A stretch of 64,000 bases of DNA, from positions 3,596,001 to 3,660,000 of the forward strand of contig OX597833.1 of the NCBI GenBank assembly GCA_951406725.2, read 5' to 3'. The DNA comes from Octopus vulgaris. Its lineage: Eukaryota. Under the pieces are notes generated by a model. It did no database searches. It was not told where the DNA came from and saw nothing but the letters and a program-made list of their open reading frames with translations. This document shows positions 12,061 through 25,039 of the stretch, piece by piece (position 1 is the stretch's first letter; each line of letters starts with the position of its first letter). Made by a program: the position numbers and the translations under genes.

Positions 12061-12861
12061 TATTTTTATATCTGTCTTTTTATCCATTTATCTATCTATC
12101 AACGTGTGTGTATGAGAGACAGAGAGAGAGAATACTGCCTCAACAAGAGTCATCTAACCCATGCCAGCATGGAAAAAGAGAGATGTAAAAGCAACAATGA
12201 CGATGATGATGATAATGATGATGATGTAAGTGTTTCGCATTGTTACTAATTAGTCTGAAATCATACTTGAACAGAACTAATACTAAAAGTAATATTAGTC
12301 CATGACCATCATCCTAATATCTTTTTGGCATCTCTGGGACTACACTTCATGAAACAGGTGTAGTTTGAAAGAGATTTGACTGTTACTTTTAGCAAATCAA
12401 ATGACCTGTGTAAATGGTCCCCCTCTCCCCCTAGTTTCTGCAGTACAGGTCTAATGAACCACCCCCAGAAATTAAATTTTACCAACAAACCACAGCTGTC
12501 TGAGTTGACTGGGTACTGATAAGAACCAGCTGGGTCTGTAGTTGAAGCCCTTTACTCCCATTAACTGAACCTACCTAACTATCTGTAAGGGACCACAGCA
12601 GGTACCACAGATAAGGGTAGTGAAATGGCAGAATCCTTACACCAGGGTTTCCCAACAGTTTTTACTCTTGGAAATATATTCTATGCTTCAAAGAATCCTT
12701 CTCCAAAAATTTGACCTGGCTGTGTGGTTTCAGGTTCAGTCCTGCCAATTGATGCCCTGTGAGAGAATTTGGTAGATGGAAACTGTGTGGAAGCCCATCA
12801 TGTGTATGTGTGTATACATACATACACACACACACACATATATATACATATATATATATAT

Positions 12862-13222
12862 AACAATAACTCTGAGCACCTCAAACTCCACCCGTCTAAC
12901 ACCCGTGGACATATTTACAAAGTCAGAAAACAGCACAGCTCCCATGACTTTAGGAAACATTTTTTCACGCTGAGAGTTGCTGAAGCATGGAACAAACTGC
13001 CGGCATCAGTTGTTAGTTGTCGGAGCACTGTATCCTTCAAAACTTCCATGCTTTCTGAGATTCACCAACACTACTACACCTGATTTTCTCCCCTCCATAC
13101 ACACGCAAGCATGTATCTGACTCATACATTGTTCGCTTTCCAGACATTTGTACATTATTGCATATGCTTTATACGCACTTTCTGACAAGTTGTGGTGCAC
13201 CTGAGCACTGTATACAATAATT

Positions 13223-13250
<28 letters not shown>
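12862..13250 (+). mobile_element. CR1-like LINE 3' fragment
   Basis: Translates NTRGHIYK...RKHFFTLRVAEAWNKLP, typical of the CR1-group ORF2 C-terminus; (ATT)n tail. Confidence 0.8.
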
Positions 13251-13256
<6 letters not shown>

Positions 13257-13641
13257 AGCATTGGGCCTCAACGAGGCAATGAGCAAGACCTTTGGCATTA
13301 TGTCGAGCTTGAGGAGAAGACCCATCAAGCCAAGCAAAACCAGTCATGGCAGATACTGGTATCACACAAACTGGCACCCATGACAGTGGCACATAAATGC
13401 ACTCCCATGTCACACGAATGGCACCCACACTGGTGGCACATAAAAGCGCCCATTACACTCTGAGTTGTTGGCATTAGGAAGGGCATCCAGCCATAGAAAA
13501 CCATGCCAAAACACACGATTCCAGTTCAGTCCCTCTGTGTGGCATCTTGTGCGAGTGTCTTCTGCTATACTCTTGGGCCGACCAAAGTCTTGTGAGTCGG
13601 TTTCGTAGATGGAAACTGAGAGAAGCATGTCGTATAAAAAA

Positions 13642-14135
13642 ATAATAATGAAATTATTGTATACAGTGCTCAGGTGCACCACAACTTGTGAAAAGTGCGT
13701 ATAAAGAATATGCAATAATGTACAAATGTCTGGAAAATGAACAGTGTATGAGTCAGATACATACTTGTGTGTGTATGGAGGGAAGAAAAATCAGGTGTAG
13801 TGTTGGCGAATCTCAGAAAGCATGGAATTTTTGAAGGATGCAGTGCTCCGACAACTAACAACTGATGCCGGCAGTTTGTTCCATGCTTCAGCAACTCTCA
13901 GCGTGAAAAAATGTTTCCTAAAGTCATGGGAGCTGTGCTGTTTTCTGACTTTATGTCCACGGGTGTTAGACGGGTGGAGTTTGAAAAGGTGCTCAGAGTT
14001 ATTGTTAGTAAGATGGTTGATAATTTTATGGGTGTCTGCCAAGTCAGCTGCCAGACGTCGGAGTTTCAATGTGTCCATGCCCAGGGAAGTAAGGTGTTCA
14101 GAATATGGCAAATGCCTAATGGAGGGTATTCTTTT
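13642..14135 (-). mobile_element. CR1-like LINE 3' fragment, same family
   Basis: YSEHLTSLGMDTLKLRRLAADL...TRGH...FFTLRVAEAWNKLP. Confidence 0.85.
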
Positions 14136-15491
14136 TGCCTGTGCTATTTGACAACCAATATGTGTTTACATCCCTATAATGTAACAGTTTGGCAAGAAAG
14201 TCTGACAGAAAGAGTACCAGGCTTCAAAAATCGAAAAGAATGCAAGTTCTGGGATTGATTCTACAGAGCAGTGCCCCAGCATGGCTACAATCTAATGATC
14301 ATAACAAGTAAAGGACAAAGGACCAAATTCATCCTCACAATACTTCTGTTGGAATACACAGCCTTCGTTTCAATTAATTTTGAAAATAATGACAGACTTT
14401 GTCATTATTATTATTAAGCTGCTGTTTAGAACATAAAATGATGTGAAATTTCAGCAGAAGGTTTTAGTTTAGATCATTTTAAAATAGAAAGTTTATTTCA
14501 TGGAACTAGGAGTGGTCTCGGGCAGATTGGTATGAAATGGGTTAAATAAAGTTGTTTACTTGTTAGGAAATATATATGTTGACAGCAGGCACGTACCGTG
14601 AGTAATTACTCCAGATTGGCAGTTTGTGACGTTTATGGAGTAAAACTCATAAAAATGTAAGCGAAACACAGGCTCTCGACTGAGTTGAAGGCAGAACTAA
14701 TTCTGCCTTTATAACGCGTAAAGAAAACGTTGTTGTAGGAATGTACGTAGCATGTGTACTACAGCAATACTACGTGAAGCTTAAATACTAAGATTGAAAA
14801 GCAGGGACGAATTATGCCTACCTAATCTACAAAAAACTAAAATATTTTTGCATTTTATGCATAGTAATCAGAGTAACCTTTATAATTTTATTGATTAGGG
14901 GCATATTTTGTCATAAAGAAAAATGTTGCTATCGATCTAGTTTATTCAAGGTAGGCGCTGCCTATCTTGCCTACCCAGGCGGCACGTCCCTTGTTGGAAG
15001 GGTGAAAACTTATGCTTTAAATAAGTAGATGGTAGTTTCTCGCAGTCTGAGAAAGAAGGTTCTGCAATTTTTTGCAGGACAACCGGCACAAATGATTCGT
15101 TTATAGTGATCGAATGTTTGTGCATTAAATCAGGTTACTCTTTCCACCAGATAAACAACACCTGAACAGGTGCACAATGTACCACCTGTCAGGTGTCAAA
15201 GTGATTGCAAGGCAACCTGAGATGAAGTGTTTTGTTCAAGAACACAACGTACTGCTCCATCCAGGAATTGAAACCGCAATCTTGCAACTGCAACATGTCT
15301 AGCCATCCTCAACAATCTTAATAAATAGTCAACACAAAAGCACATCTTTTTCATTGAAAAATAAGTCGACATAAACTACAGGAATGCTTGAACACTGTGC
15401 CCCAGTTCTGCAATTAAAATACTTTTTTTTGTTAGAAAATTACTATTTTTTAATCTCACAATGAGAGATATTCAGCAACAGTACTTTCTAG

Positions 15492-15721
15492 TAAAGATCG
15501 TTCGCCAATATAAAATGGCAGTCCTGGTTTAGGACGAATGTTGCTGTAATTGAGCCCCTGGAGACAATGTCTCCAGCTGGCTATACGACACGATCTGTGT
15601 CGAAAATATAAGGACACAGGTCGCGTTGTATAGCCAGCTGGAGACGATGTCTCCTGGGACTAAATTACAGCAACATTCGTCCTAAATCAGGACTGCCATG
15701 TTATGTTGGCAAACAATCTTT
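15492..15721. mobile_element. Palindromic MITE-like element, arms about 110 bp
   Basis: ATGGCAGTCCTGGTTTAGGACGAATGTTGCTGTAATT mirrored by AATTACAGCAACATTCGTCCTAAATCAGGACTGCCAT; loop about 15601-15611. Confidence 0.8.
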
Positions 15722-16448
15722 ATCGCTGCCAGAGCAACAAGCTGGCCTCCGTACCAATGGCACATAAAAACACCATTCAAGTGTGATCGTTACCTGTGTT
15801 GCCTTACTAAGCACTTGTGCTGGTGGCACGTGAAAAAACATTTGAGTGAGGTCGTTGCCAGTGCCACTGGACTGGCTCCTGTGCAGGTGACACATAAAAA
15901 GCACCATTTGAGCATGGCCGTTGCCAGTACCGCCTGACTGGCCCTCATGCTACCAAGCTTATCTGAATATTACAGAGTGAACTCTGCCAAAGGCACCCAA
16001 GGGGATCAGAAGAAGTTAAACTGGACAACAGGTTGTCTGTCATCCATGTAGGCCATGGCAGGATTTGAACTCAGAATGCAAGAGATTCACTTTGACATCC
16101 TTAGAATTATTGCTAAATCCTTGCCCTGGACTTGTACCTTTTCATCAACCCCTGAAAGGAGGAAAGAAAAGCAAAGTTGACCTGAGCAGGGTTGGAACTC
16201 AGAAGTCAGAGAATCAGAACAAAATACTGCATTCTGTCCAACACTCTAACAACTGAGCCAATTTGCCAAGTTATCACAAGTCTTCTATTCAGAACTAACA
16301 ACCAGAAGCGAAACACCACCACCTCACTACACTATGATGCTTTACATCAGTGCTTCTCAACCAGGGTCCATATGGCCCTTAGGGGACCCGTAAAAGATTT
16401 TGCTGTTAAACTTTATGTCCAATGAATTGGTTATATTTTCACACAAAA

Positions 16449-16615
16449 TCATCATCATCATTTAACATCCGTTTTCCGTGCTAGCATGGGTTGGACGGTT
16501 CGACCAGGGTCTGGGAAGCCAGGAAGCTGCACCAGGCTCCAGTCTGATTTGGCAGTGTTTCTACAGCTGGATGCCCTTCCTAACGCCAACCACTCCGTGA
16601 GTGTAGTGGGTGCTG
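16449..16615 (-). mobile_element. Repeat family C with (GAT)n tail; other copies near 11090-11295, 16800-17050, 17455-17635, 35495-35760, 44218-44720, 53260-53447, 57185-57365, 58230-58475
   Basis: Shared core GGTTGGCGTTAGGAAGGGCATCCAGC and 3' end CCAACCCATGCTAGCATGGAAAACGGACGTTAAA(TGA)n. Confidence 0.8.
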
Positions 16616-18129
16616 GTTTCAGCCAGGTTTGTAACGAAAGAGTTAAGAAGATAAAGAAAATATTCTGAGTTTCAATTCTCACTGGGGTCAGTTTTGCTGG
16701 TCATCCTTCTGGACTCAATAAATTACAGCACTTTCATAAAGCAGTGGACCAGCACCTTTCAAAATGCTTTAACAATTTTTTTTTAAATGATTCCTAATCA
16801 TCATCATCATGATCGTCATTTAACATCCGTTTTTCATGCTGGCATGGGTTGGACAGTTTGACAGGATCTGGCCAGCTAAGGAACGACTACCCAGGCTTTA
16901 TGTCTGTGTTTTGGCATGGTTTCTACAGCTGGATGCCCTTCCCTAACACCAACCAGTTTACAGAGTGTACTGGGTGCTTTTTTTTACACAGCACCGACAG
17001 GGGTGCATTTACATGGCACCAGTACGGGTACTTTTTATGTGGCACCAGCACCTACAAGCCCACAAGATTAGGAATGATCAGCAGGAGAGGGATGTAGGGG
17101 ACAGGGCAGTATGCAAAGACAACCATGATTTTCCTTAGCTTGACATGTCTTTTGAAGCATAGCAAACCACCAGAAGTCTCAGTCCCCTGTCATCCCCTAT
17201 GAAAGTTCTCTGTACTTATAAAAAATATGATCTTTTACACACTGAATGGTTAAGAGGGACTATCCAAGTGGATAGGAAACAAAGGAGGTCCATAGGTTAG
17301 ACAACACCACGTTAGATCAGACCACACCCCCAACACTCCCATATCATACAAGACTACATTATATTATAATGGCACATTGCACACCTAAGTGAACTATAGT
17401 ATAATATATACCAAGATATATCATGTGTATCATGATATGCTGTGCCACCCGTGAAGGTGGCACGTAAGAAGCACCCACTACACTCTCGGAGTGGTTGGCG
17501 TTAGGAAGGACATCCAGCTGTAGAAACTCTGCCAGATCAAGACTGGAGCCTGGTGCAGCCATCTGGTTTGCCAGTCCTCAGTCAAAACCGTCCAACCCAT
17601 GCTAGCATGGAAAACGGACGTTAAATGATGATGATCATGGTCAACCAATGGTGTATTTGCTCAAAGTGCAACACATGGGGCTGAGTCTGAAGCAACGTGT
17701 TGGCCAAACTATAAAGCCATGTTTGCCATCTCGGCACTTTTTTAGTTTTAAAAATATGAATCTTTCAGAAAATTATGAGGAAACAAAAAGTTTGATAGGG
17801 GAAGGCAGTGACGCCAAACCGTAGTCAGGCCAGCCAGCTGTTCTTCGTTGATAGTCCAACTGGGGTTTGTTTAAAACCACGACCTGGTCCTTCGGGTACT
17901 TTTAGCAAAAGCCCATTCTGTTGCAAGGTCTCGAATTTGTATTCACTTCCTTATTTCCTTCCTCGAGTCAAGTTAAGGCCAAATGTAAGAAATGAAAAAC
18001 AGAAACCGTGTTAATGAGGGATCCTCTACGTGGTCGCTCGAATGGTTAGAAAGAGTAGCCAGTCCATAATACAGAAGGCAAGGTGTGTGTGTGTGTGTGT
18101 TCAGGATATATCATTTATGCTTTATCAAA

Positions 18130-18645
18130 ACAGAATGCGTGTGTTTGAGAAAGATATTGTGAGAAAAAAGGAATATTGCATGTGACGGAGAAAAGAATGA
18201 AGTGGATACGAGAAAAGGATACAGATATAAAGGGAGAGGCGTGTGTGAAAGAGAAAGGGATTGTGTAAAAGGAGCAGAAAGTGGAGAGAAAGGGGGAACA
18301 GGGCGTGATAGAGAGAGGAGAGAAAGTGCGCATGTGAAGAAAAGGGACAGAGAAATAGAAAGAGAGGAAGAACGTGTGTAAAGGAGAAAGGAATAGTGTG
18401 CATGAAGGTGGGGGAAAGAGAGAGGAAGATAGAGAGGGGAAGAAAGAGAATGTGTGTGAGGGAGAGAAAGGGTCAGGGTATAGAAGAAAGAGAGAGAGAG
18501 ACGAAGAGAAGGTGTGTGTGTGTGTTGTGAGGACAAGGAGCGTAAAATAAGTATGGAAGGAAGTAAAGGGAAAGTCAAGTTCACAATTTTGATGTAAATA
18601 GACGAGATGAGGTTGAGTGAGAGAGAGAGAGAGAGAGAATGAGAA
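18130..18645. repeat. Purine-rich (GA) low-complexity tract
   Basis: Strong A/G bias on the + strand; source of spurious minus-strand ORFs. Confidence 0.8.
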
Positions 18646-21625
18646 AATGGGTTTTTTAAGAAAATAACGAAACATGTAAAGCTTTGATAAAAGTTTTCAA
18701 AGACAATCACACGCATATAGTTTATGGTATGGCATTCAATATGACGTGTATCTATGCGTATATGCATGTGCTTTCTTATATATGATATGCAGTTACCCGT
18801 AGTAGTCTCTAGAGAGAAAGAGAAAGAGTATATATATATTAATACATACATGCACATTGTAAAAAAAAAAACGTGTATAAACACACAGACACACATGCTG
18901 TAAGCCTCCAAATGCCAATCAGAAAAAAGAATTCCGTCTGATGGCCATGTCTGCGAGAAGGCGGCAACACGTGTGTAGTAGAATGGCGACGTTGAAGAAC
19001 ATAGAACTTCTTCCTTACATAGTGAGACATTTGAAGAGAAAGGGGGTGGAGACGACTCCCGACGAAGGGTTAATAAATGCTGACACACACACTTAAATAT
19101 ACAGGAATACCGATTTCATTGCGTTTTTCTTTCGTCCACTTCATGGTGTGGTCGAAGACTAGGTTTTGGGGATTAGATTATGTGAAATTCTTACTAATAA
19201 AGTCAGTTAATTATTTTGCCTTCAGGCCTTTTCATTTCTTTTAAGTATAAATTAGGCCATTAAAGGGTGAACAATCACATGAGTAGTACTGACTTGACTC
19301 TTGAATAGAATGGAACTTAGAACGTAAAAGCCCTAAATAAAATACCACAAGGCATTTTGTCCGAGACCCCAATTAATTCAGCTAAGTGACTGCCCTAATT
19401 AATGATAACAATTACTTCTTAATTGCCGTTAGTTTGGAGAGAGAGAGAGAGGTCTAGTCGATTAAATCGACTTCAATATCTGACTGGTACTTTTTTTTAT
19501 CGAGCTTGGAAGGAAGGCAAAATTGACCTCGGCTGGATTTGAACTCAGAACGTAAAGAATGGTAACAAATGCTAATGTTCTAATGATTCTGCTAAATCCT
19601 CTGTCCTCAAGGTCACAAATCTTGGGGAAAAGAAGAATTGATTATATCAGCACATGTACAAGCTTGTACTATCTTACCGACCCCATAAGAATAAAAATAC
19701 AAAATTGACCTCGGGATTTTTTAAAAACTCAAAAACGTACATTATTATGACTAGGATAAAATAAATACCAGTTGAATGGCCTTGGGCTAAAAGTTCCATT
19801 ATTACGGCAACCAACACTAATGATAATAATTGTTTTAATGACCGTGGTAATTAACCCTTTTCTTAATTACTTGTCACAAGGGCGATAGATGAGAAAGCAG
19901 CAGTAGTGTAATATAAATAAAAGAAAGTATAGTTTAGTAATTGTGATGTGGTTACACTCATGCCTTTCCCAAGGACATGTAAGGGTCACAAAAATGAGAA
20001 CTCGTCCAAAGACAACAGGTAATTTAGTAAATTATAAAATAATGATGATGATGACGACCACCACGACAATAACGGGTGATGCTGATGAAGGTATTAATGG
20101 TTTATTTTGACTGGACACATGGGGAGAAAATGGATGTTGTGATGTTCAAGCATTTCCCTAAATACGTTGACGAGGAAACCGATATGGCAAATGCCTTTTA
20201 ATCCGGGATTGGAACATCATCTGTCTCTCAGTTTAGCGGGAATACCACACGTCCACTGGCGCACTATAGCAAAAACGATTCCAAGGCCATTATTTTATAA
20301 AGAGATGCAACAGTTCTCGTGTTATGATTACATTCATATCCAAGATTCTTTATAGAAAAAATAAACTGACTCATTGATAGAATGGTAAAGTTGACCTTAG
20401 CGGGATTCGAACTCAAAAAGCATTTTTGCTCGATACTCAATCGATTGTAGTGGGTTCTAGTAAATGACGGGGAGATTTTATCGACCTTGAAATTGGCACG
20501 GTTTTAAGCTTGTAATACACCATTTAGCTCTTCATTTTACCGATTCCATCATCATATTTAATAATAGTAATTCTGTCTAAGATAGGACCAAAAGCCTGAC
20601 ATTTTGACGTCGAGAAGGGGCGAGTCGTTTACATCGATGCTCGGTACTTGACTGATACTATATGTTATCGACCCCGCTGCCATTCGTTGATGCTGCATCG
20701 AAGAAAGCAAAGAACAAAATGCCAGAAGAAAAAAGGAGAAAGAAGAAATGGACCCCACACCAGAGCTGAAGACACCTTTCAAAGGGTGGTGGGGCGCCAC
20801 GTCGAAAACGGTAGAGGAGAAGGGACCGAAACCGGACGTGGTTCCCTCCTGATGATGTCTTTAGCCACTGGATTCTATAAAGGAGTTGTGAGGTAACGAA
20901 CCACGAAACGAAGTTGGAATTCCTCAGAATTCCTCCCGTTATAGCCTCGGCCGTGGTTTGTACTCAGGATGTAAGGAGTCGGAAGAAATGTCGTTAAGCC
21001 ATTTTATCCGATGGTCTTTGACAGTAGATACAAGGCCCACGTTTGTGAAGAATATAGATGCAGTAATTGACATGGGCCTAACTACAGATTGATGCCCCAC
21101 TAAGTTTGTTTCCTCATAACTTTTTGAAAACTACATATTTTAAAAACGAAATTTTGCAGATACATTTTCGCGGGTGTAAATTACGATTGTGTTGGTAACA
21201 TTAAAAGACAAAATTGTTAGGAGTTTTGTTATCATTCGCATTTCCCTCTTTCCGATTCAGTTTCTTCATAACTCTCTCTCTAAATTGGATATTTTTAATA
21301 TTTTGCAGAAATGTTTTCGAGGATTTGAAACGTAATGGTCACGTTTCAAATATATAAATCTAAAAAGAAAGTGAAAATGTTGAAGTTAACGGAAATTGGT
21401 TGCAACAAAGTCAACTTTGGAGAGAGAGACTGTTTTTGTTTTCCAAAGTTTTTACCATCATTATTGTATTTACACTGCCAACAACTTATCTCTGTAAAAT
21501 TTCAATTAAAAATATACATCTCTCAGAAAATTATGAGAACAAAGTTAGGGGGGAGGGGTCACCAATGTGCAGTTATGCTCTGATTAGTGTGCGTATGTGT
21601 ATGTGTATATATATAATATATGCAT

Positions 21626-21668
<43 letters not shown>

Positions 21669-22662
21669 CAATAACACCCCACCAAACTCTTAGACGAAAG
21701 GTGGTAAGTACTCAATGACATAAATAATAATAATATTTAGAAAGTTATAAAGGGAACAAAGTTATGGAGCGTGGGGCCCTAATGTGTAGATATGCCTATG
21801 CTTTGCTTACTGTATCTTCCGTCAACACCTATAACTTCAGAAAGATGAAAGCTGGTACTCATTGACACTTAATAATAATGGTGATAATTTCTTCGATAAG
21901 CACGAGGTCATAGTTTTGTGAAAGGAGGGATGTAATAGAGTTGGCTTCAGTTTAATCGACCCGAGGTACTTACTGGTACATATTTTTATCGCATGGGAAG
22001 AAATCTACAAGGAAAAATAAACTAACTTATTGATACCAGTGCTGATATAAAATGCCCCCACAGCAAAAACCAGAAATATATGTTTGACATTTAGGCCTTC
22101 CTGAAGAAGCGTCAACCCAAAATAAACATGAGTGTCATAGATTTATATATATATGTATATATATATATATATATATATGTCATTCTTCTACTTTATTTAC
22201 AGGGTTCAGACAAAGGTTAGATGAAGAAGACGGGAAAAACAATTTCTCGTCTTCATATGACCGGTGCTTTGGTAACTAACTTTAATTGTATTAACCCAGG
22301 AAATGTATAAATATATAGAGGTGGCGGGAGTCAAGGTCCGAAAATGATGTAGAGACAAAAATACGTGTAAGGCGCGTTATTTGAAGTTAGGACCACCCAA
22401 AAGCAGTAACGGAATGGTCTACAAAAGTGAATCTAGGAATGGAATAAGGAAGGAGTGGAACCGAGGGATCTGGTTATGAGGGATATATTCATATTTGGCG
22501 ACGAAAGATCGCCTCATATTTATTTCCTTGGATAGAGACCAAAGACTTGAAATATTACATCGTACACAACATACAAATTATAAACACAATATATATATAT
22601 ATGTATGTATGTATGTATGTATGATGTATGTATGTATGTATGTATGTATGTATGTATGTATG

Positions 22663-22715
<53 letters not shown>

Positions 22716-23339
22716 CTATTTTACTGATCTGTGTTCGACTACGGCACCGCCATATAATATACGGATGTGCTTAGAAAATGAAATTGATTGTAGGTGAAGC
22801 CAGTCCCAAGAATGGCGAAATGTTGAAGAATTCCGACTTCAACAAAAGTATCTTGGAGTTTTTGCATCCAAAAGTTAGTTAAGCGATGCAAAATAAGGAA
22901 GCGGGCAGACAAACACAAGCCAAAAAAGCAGGCAAGGAAGCTCTCCATCCCATTTTTATTTCTTTCACAGACAGAAAGAATACCAAGTCGACCGACCGAC
23001 TTGGTTTAGAAATATAAATGAAGAATTTGTCGAAGAGAGGGGAAAGACACACAAGATTCTTTTCCTTTTCTTTTTTGCTTTTTCTTTCTTTTCTTTTAAT
23101 AAGGTTCGATTTAGATTCTTGATTACAATAAATACTGGAAGGTAAAAAGAAAAATATATTTAAAAAGAAACATCTTTGGTTGTGAATGCAACAAGTTTGG
23201 GGTATGTCGAGGTTGTGGGGCTCCCATCTGTGAATTAAAAAATATATGGTTTGGTCTGTCTTTTTTTTTAAATGAGGAATACGTGGGACCATGAACACAC
23301 AAAGTCTTCGAAATCAACAGGAACTAAGTTTTGAACTTC

Positions 23340-24372
23340 TCAAACTCCATCCATCTCTCTCTGCCTCTCTCTCTCTTTCTCTCTCGCACTTACCCTGAGA
23401 CTCCGTTTTTTTTTTCTCTTTTTCCTTCTTCACGCTTGAATAATTAGGTAAATAAATATATAGATACATTAATTATTGACTTGGAGAGTTGAAAAAGAGA
23501 GAAAATATAAAAATAAATATGTATCTGATTGCAGATACTTTAAAATAAAAGTGAATTTAACCTAACGAAATTCACATCGAATAATCCAATGAAGAAGCAA
23601 AAAGCCACTAAAAAACTTCATAACTTTTCTCCTCCCCTTCCTCCTGCAACTCTCTCTGTATCAACTTTTCTATCCATAGCACTCACTCACTCTTATCTAT
23701 CTGTATATCAATTGCTTTATTCTCTGTGTCTATCTATATTTTGGACTCCCTCTCACTCACTCGCTCTGGTTTTATACGTGTATCTATCACACACTCTCTC
23801 TCTATACCTCTCTGTATATCTATCACACTCTCTCGTTCTCTCCCACTCTCTCAGTCTGTCTGTATATCTATTTCACCCACACACTCTTTCTTTCTATCGT
23901 ATTTTATTTCATCTTTGGTATAATTTTCTTCCTTCACTCACGCACTCCTAATTTATTAAGTTAGTAAACTGTACTTATTAACCAATGTAGTTAATAAAGA
24001 TAGCAATTTATTAACAGCTACTTATCTACAATCACAGATGAAAAATAAACTTTTAGAACAAATTTAAAGTCAAACAAAAATTAACAAATCTAAAGAACAG
24101 CCTCTGTTCCTCTTTCTCTCTCTCTCTCTCATATTTTCTATCTATCTATTTGTCTCTCTTTCTCTCTATCCATCTCTTTCTCTCTCTGGTTATCTGCTTC
24201 TCTGTATCTGTCTATATCTATCTGCTACTCCCTCCCTCTGTCTATTTCGTTTTCTCTTTCTCTCTCTCTCTATCTGTTTCTCCCTCTCTTCATCTCTGTT
24301 TCTATTTCTCTTTCTCTTTCTCTCTCTCTCTCTCTCTGCTAACCTCTCTCTATTTGTCCCTCTCTTTCTCTC
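23340..24372. repeat. Pyrimidine-rich (CT) low-complexity tracts
   Basis: Degenerate (CT)n and (CTAT)n. Confidence 0.8.
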
Positions 24373-25039
24373 CGTGAGAGACGAGGGAAAGAAATGCTAA
24401 GAAACGAATGAGGGGAGTGTTGGAAAACTGTTGATGTGGGCAAGAGAGAGAGAGAAAGGGGTGAGTGAGAGCAAGTTCTTGAAGACAAGAAGAATAAAAA
24501 AGGGGGGGGACCTTTCTTAGTTTCCGGTCCCTCAGGTCTTGTTCTACCACTTCTGTGATACGTTTTGCTACTTGTTTTCTCTCCCTATTTTTTTGTTATC
24601 ATACTTTGAGTCCCTTCCTTCCGTTGTTCCCACATAAAATGGGCCCCTCTGTCATTTTGTCTATCTGTCTCTTCCTCTGTGATATATATATATATATATA
24701 TGTATATATTTCTTTACTACCCACAAGGGGTTAAATACAGAGGGGACAGACAAACGGATTAAGTCGATTACATCGACCTCAGTGCGTAACTGGTACTTAA
24801 TTTATCGACCCCGAAAGGATGAAAGGCAAAGATATATATCTTTGCCTCAATAGACATTTATCCACACAAACCCCCATGATATAAAGAAACTTGGCTGAAA
24901 AAAGGGAGTGAAAGACGTCGTCTCCTTATACTGACACTTTGGAGACCAATACTGAAGGATCGCCATATATATATAACAGGCTTCTTTCAGTTTCCCTCTG
25001 TGAAATCCAGTCACAATTCTATCCCGATTTATTGTTGGT

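Noticed and set aside
18111-19088. 325-aa and overlapping minus-strand ORFs
   Set aside because: S/L/F/P-rich artefacts of a polypurine tract
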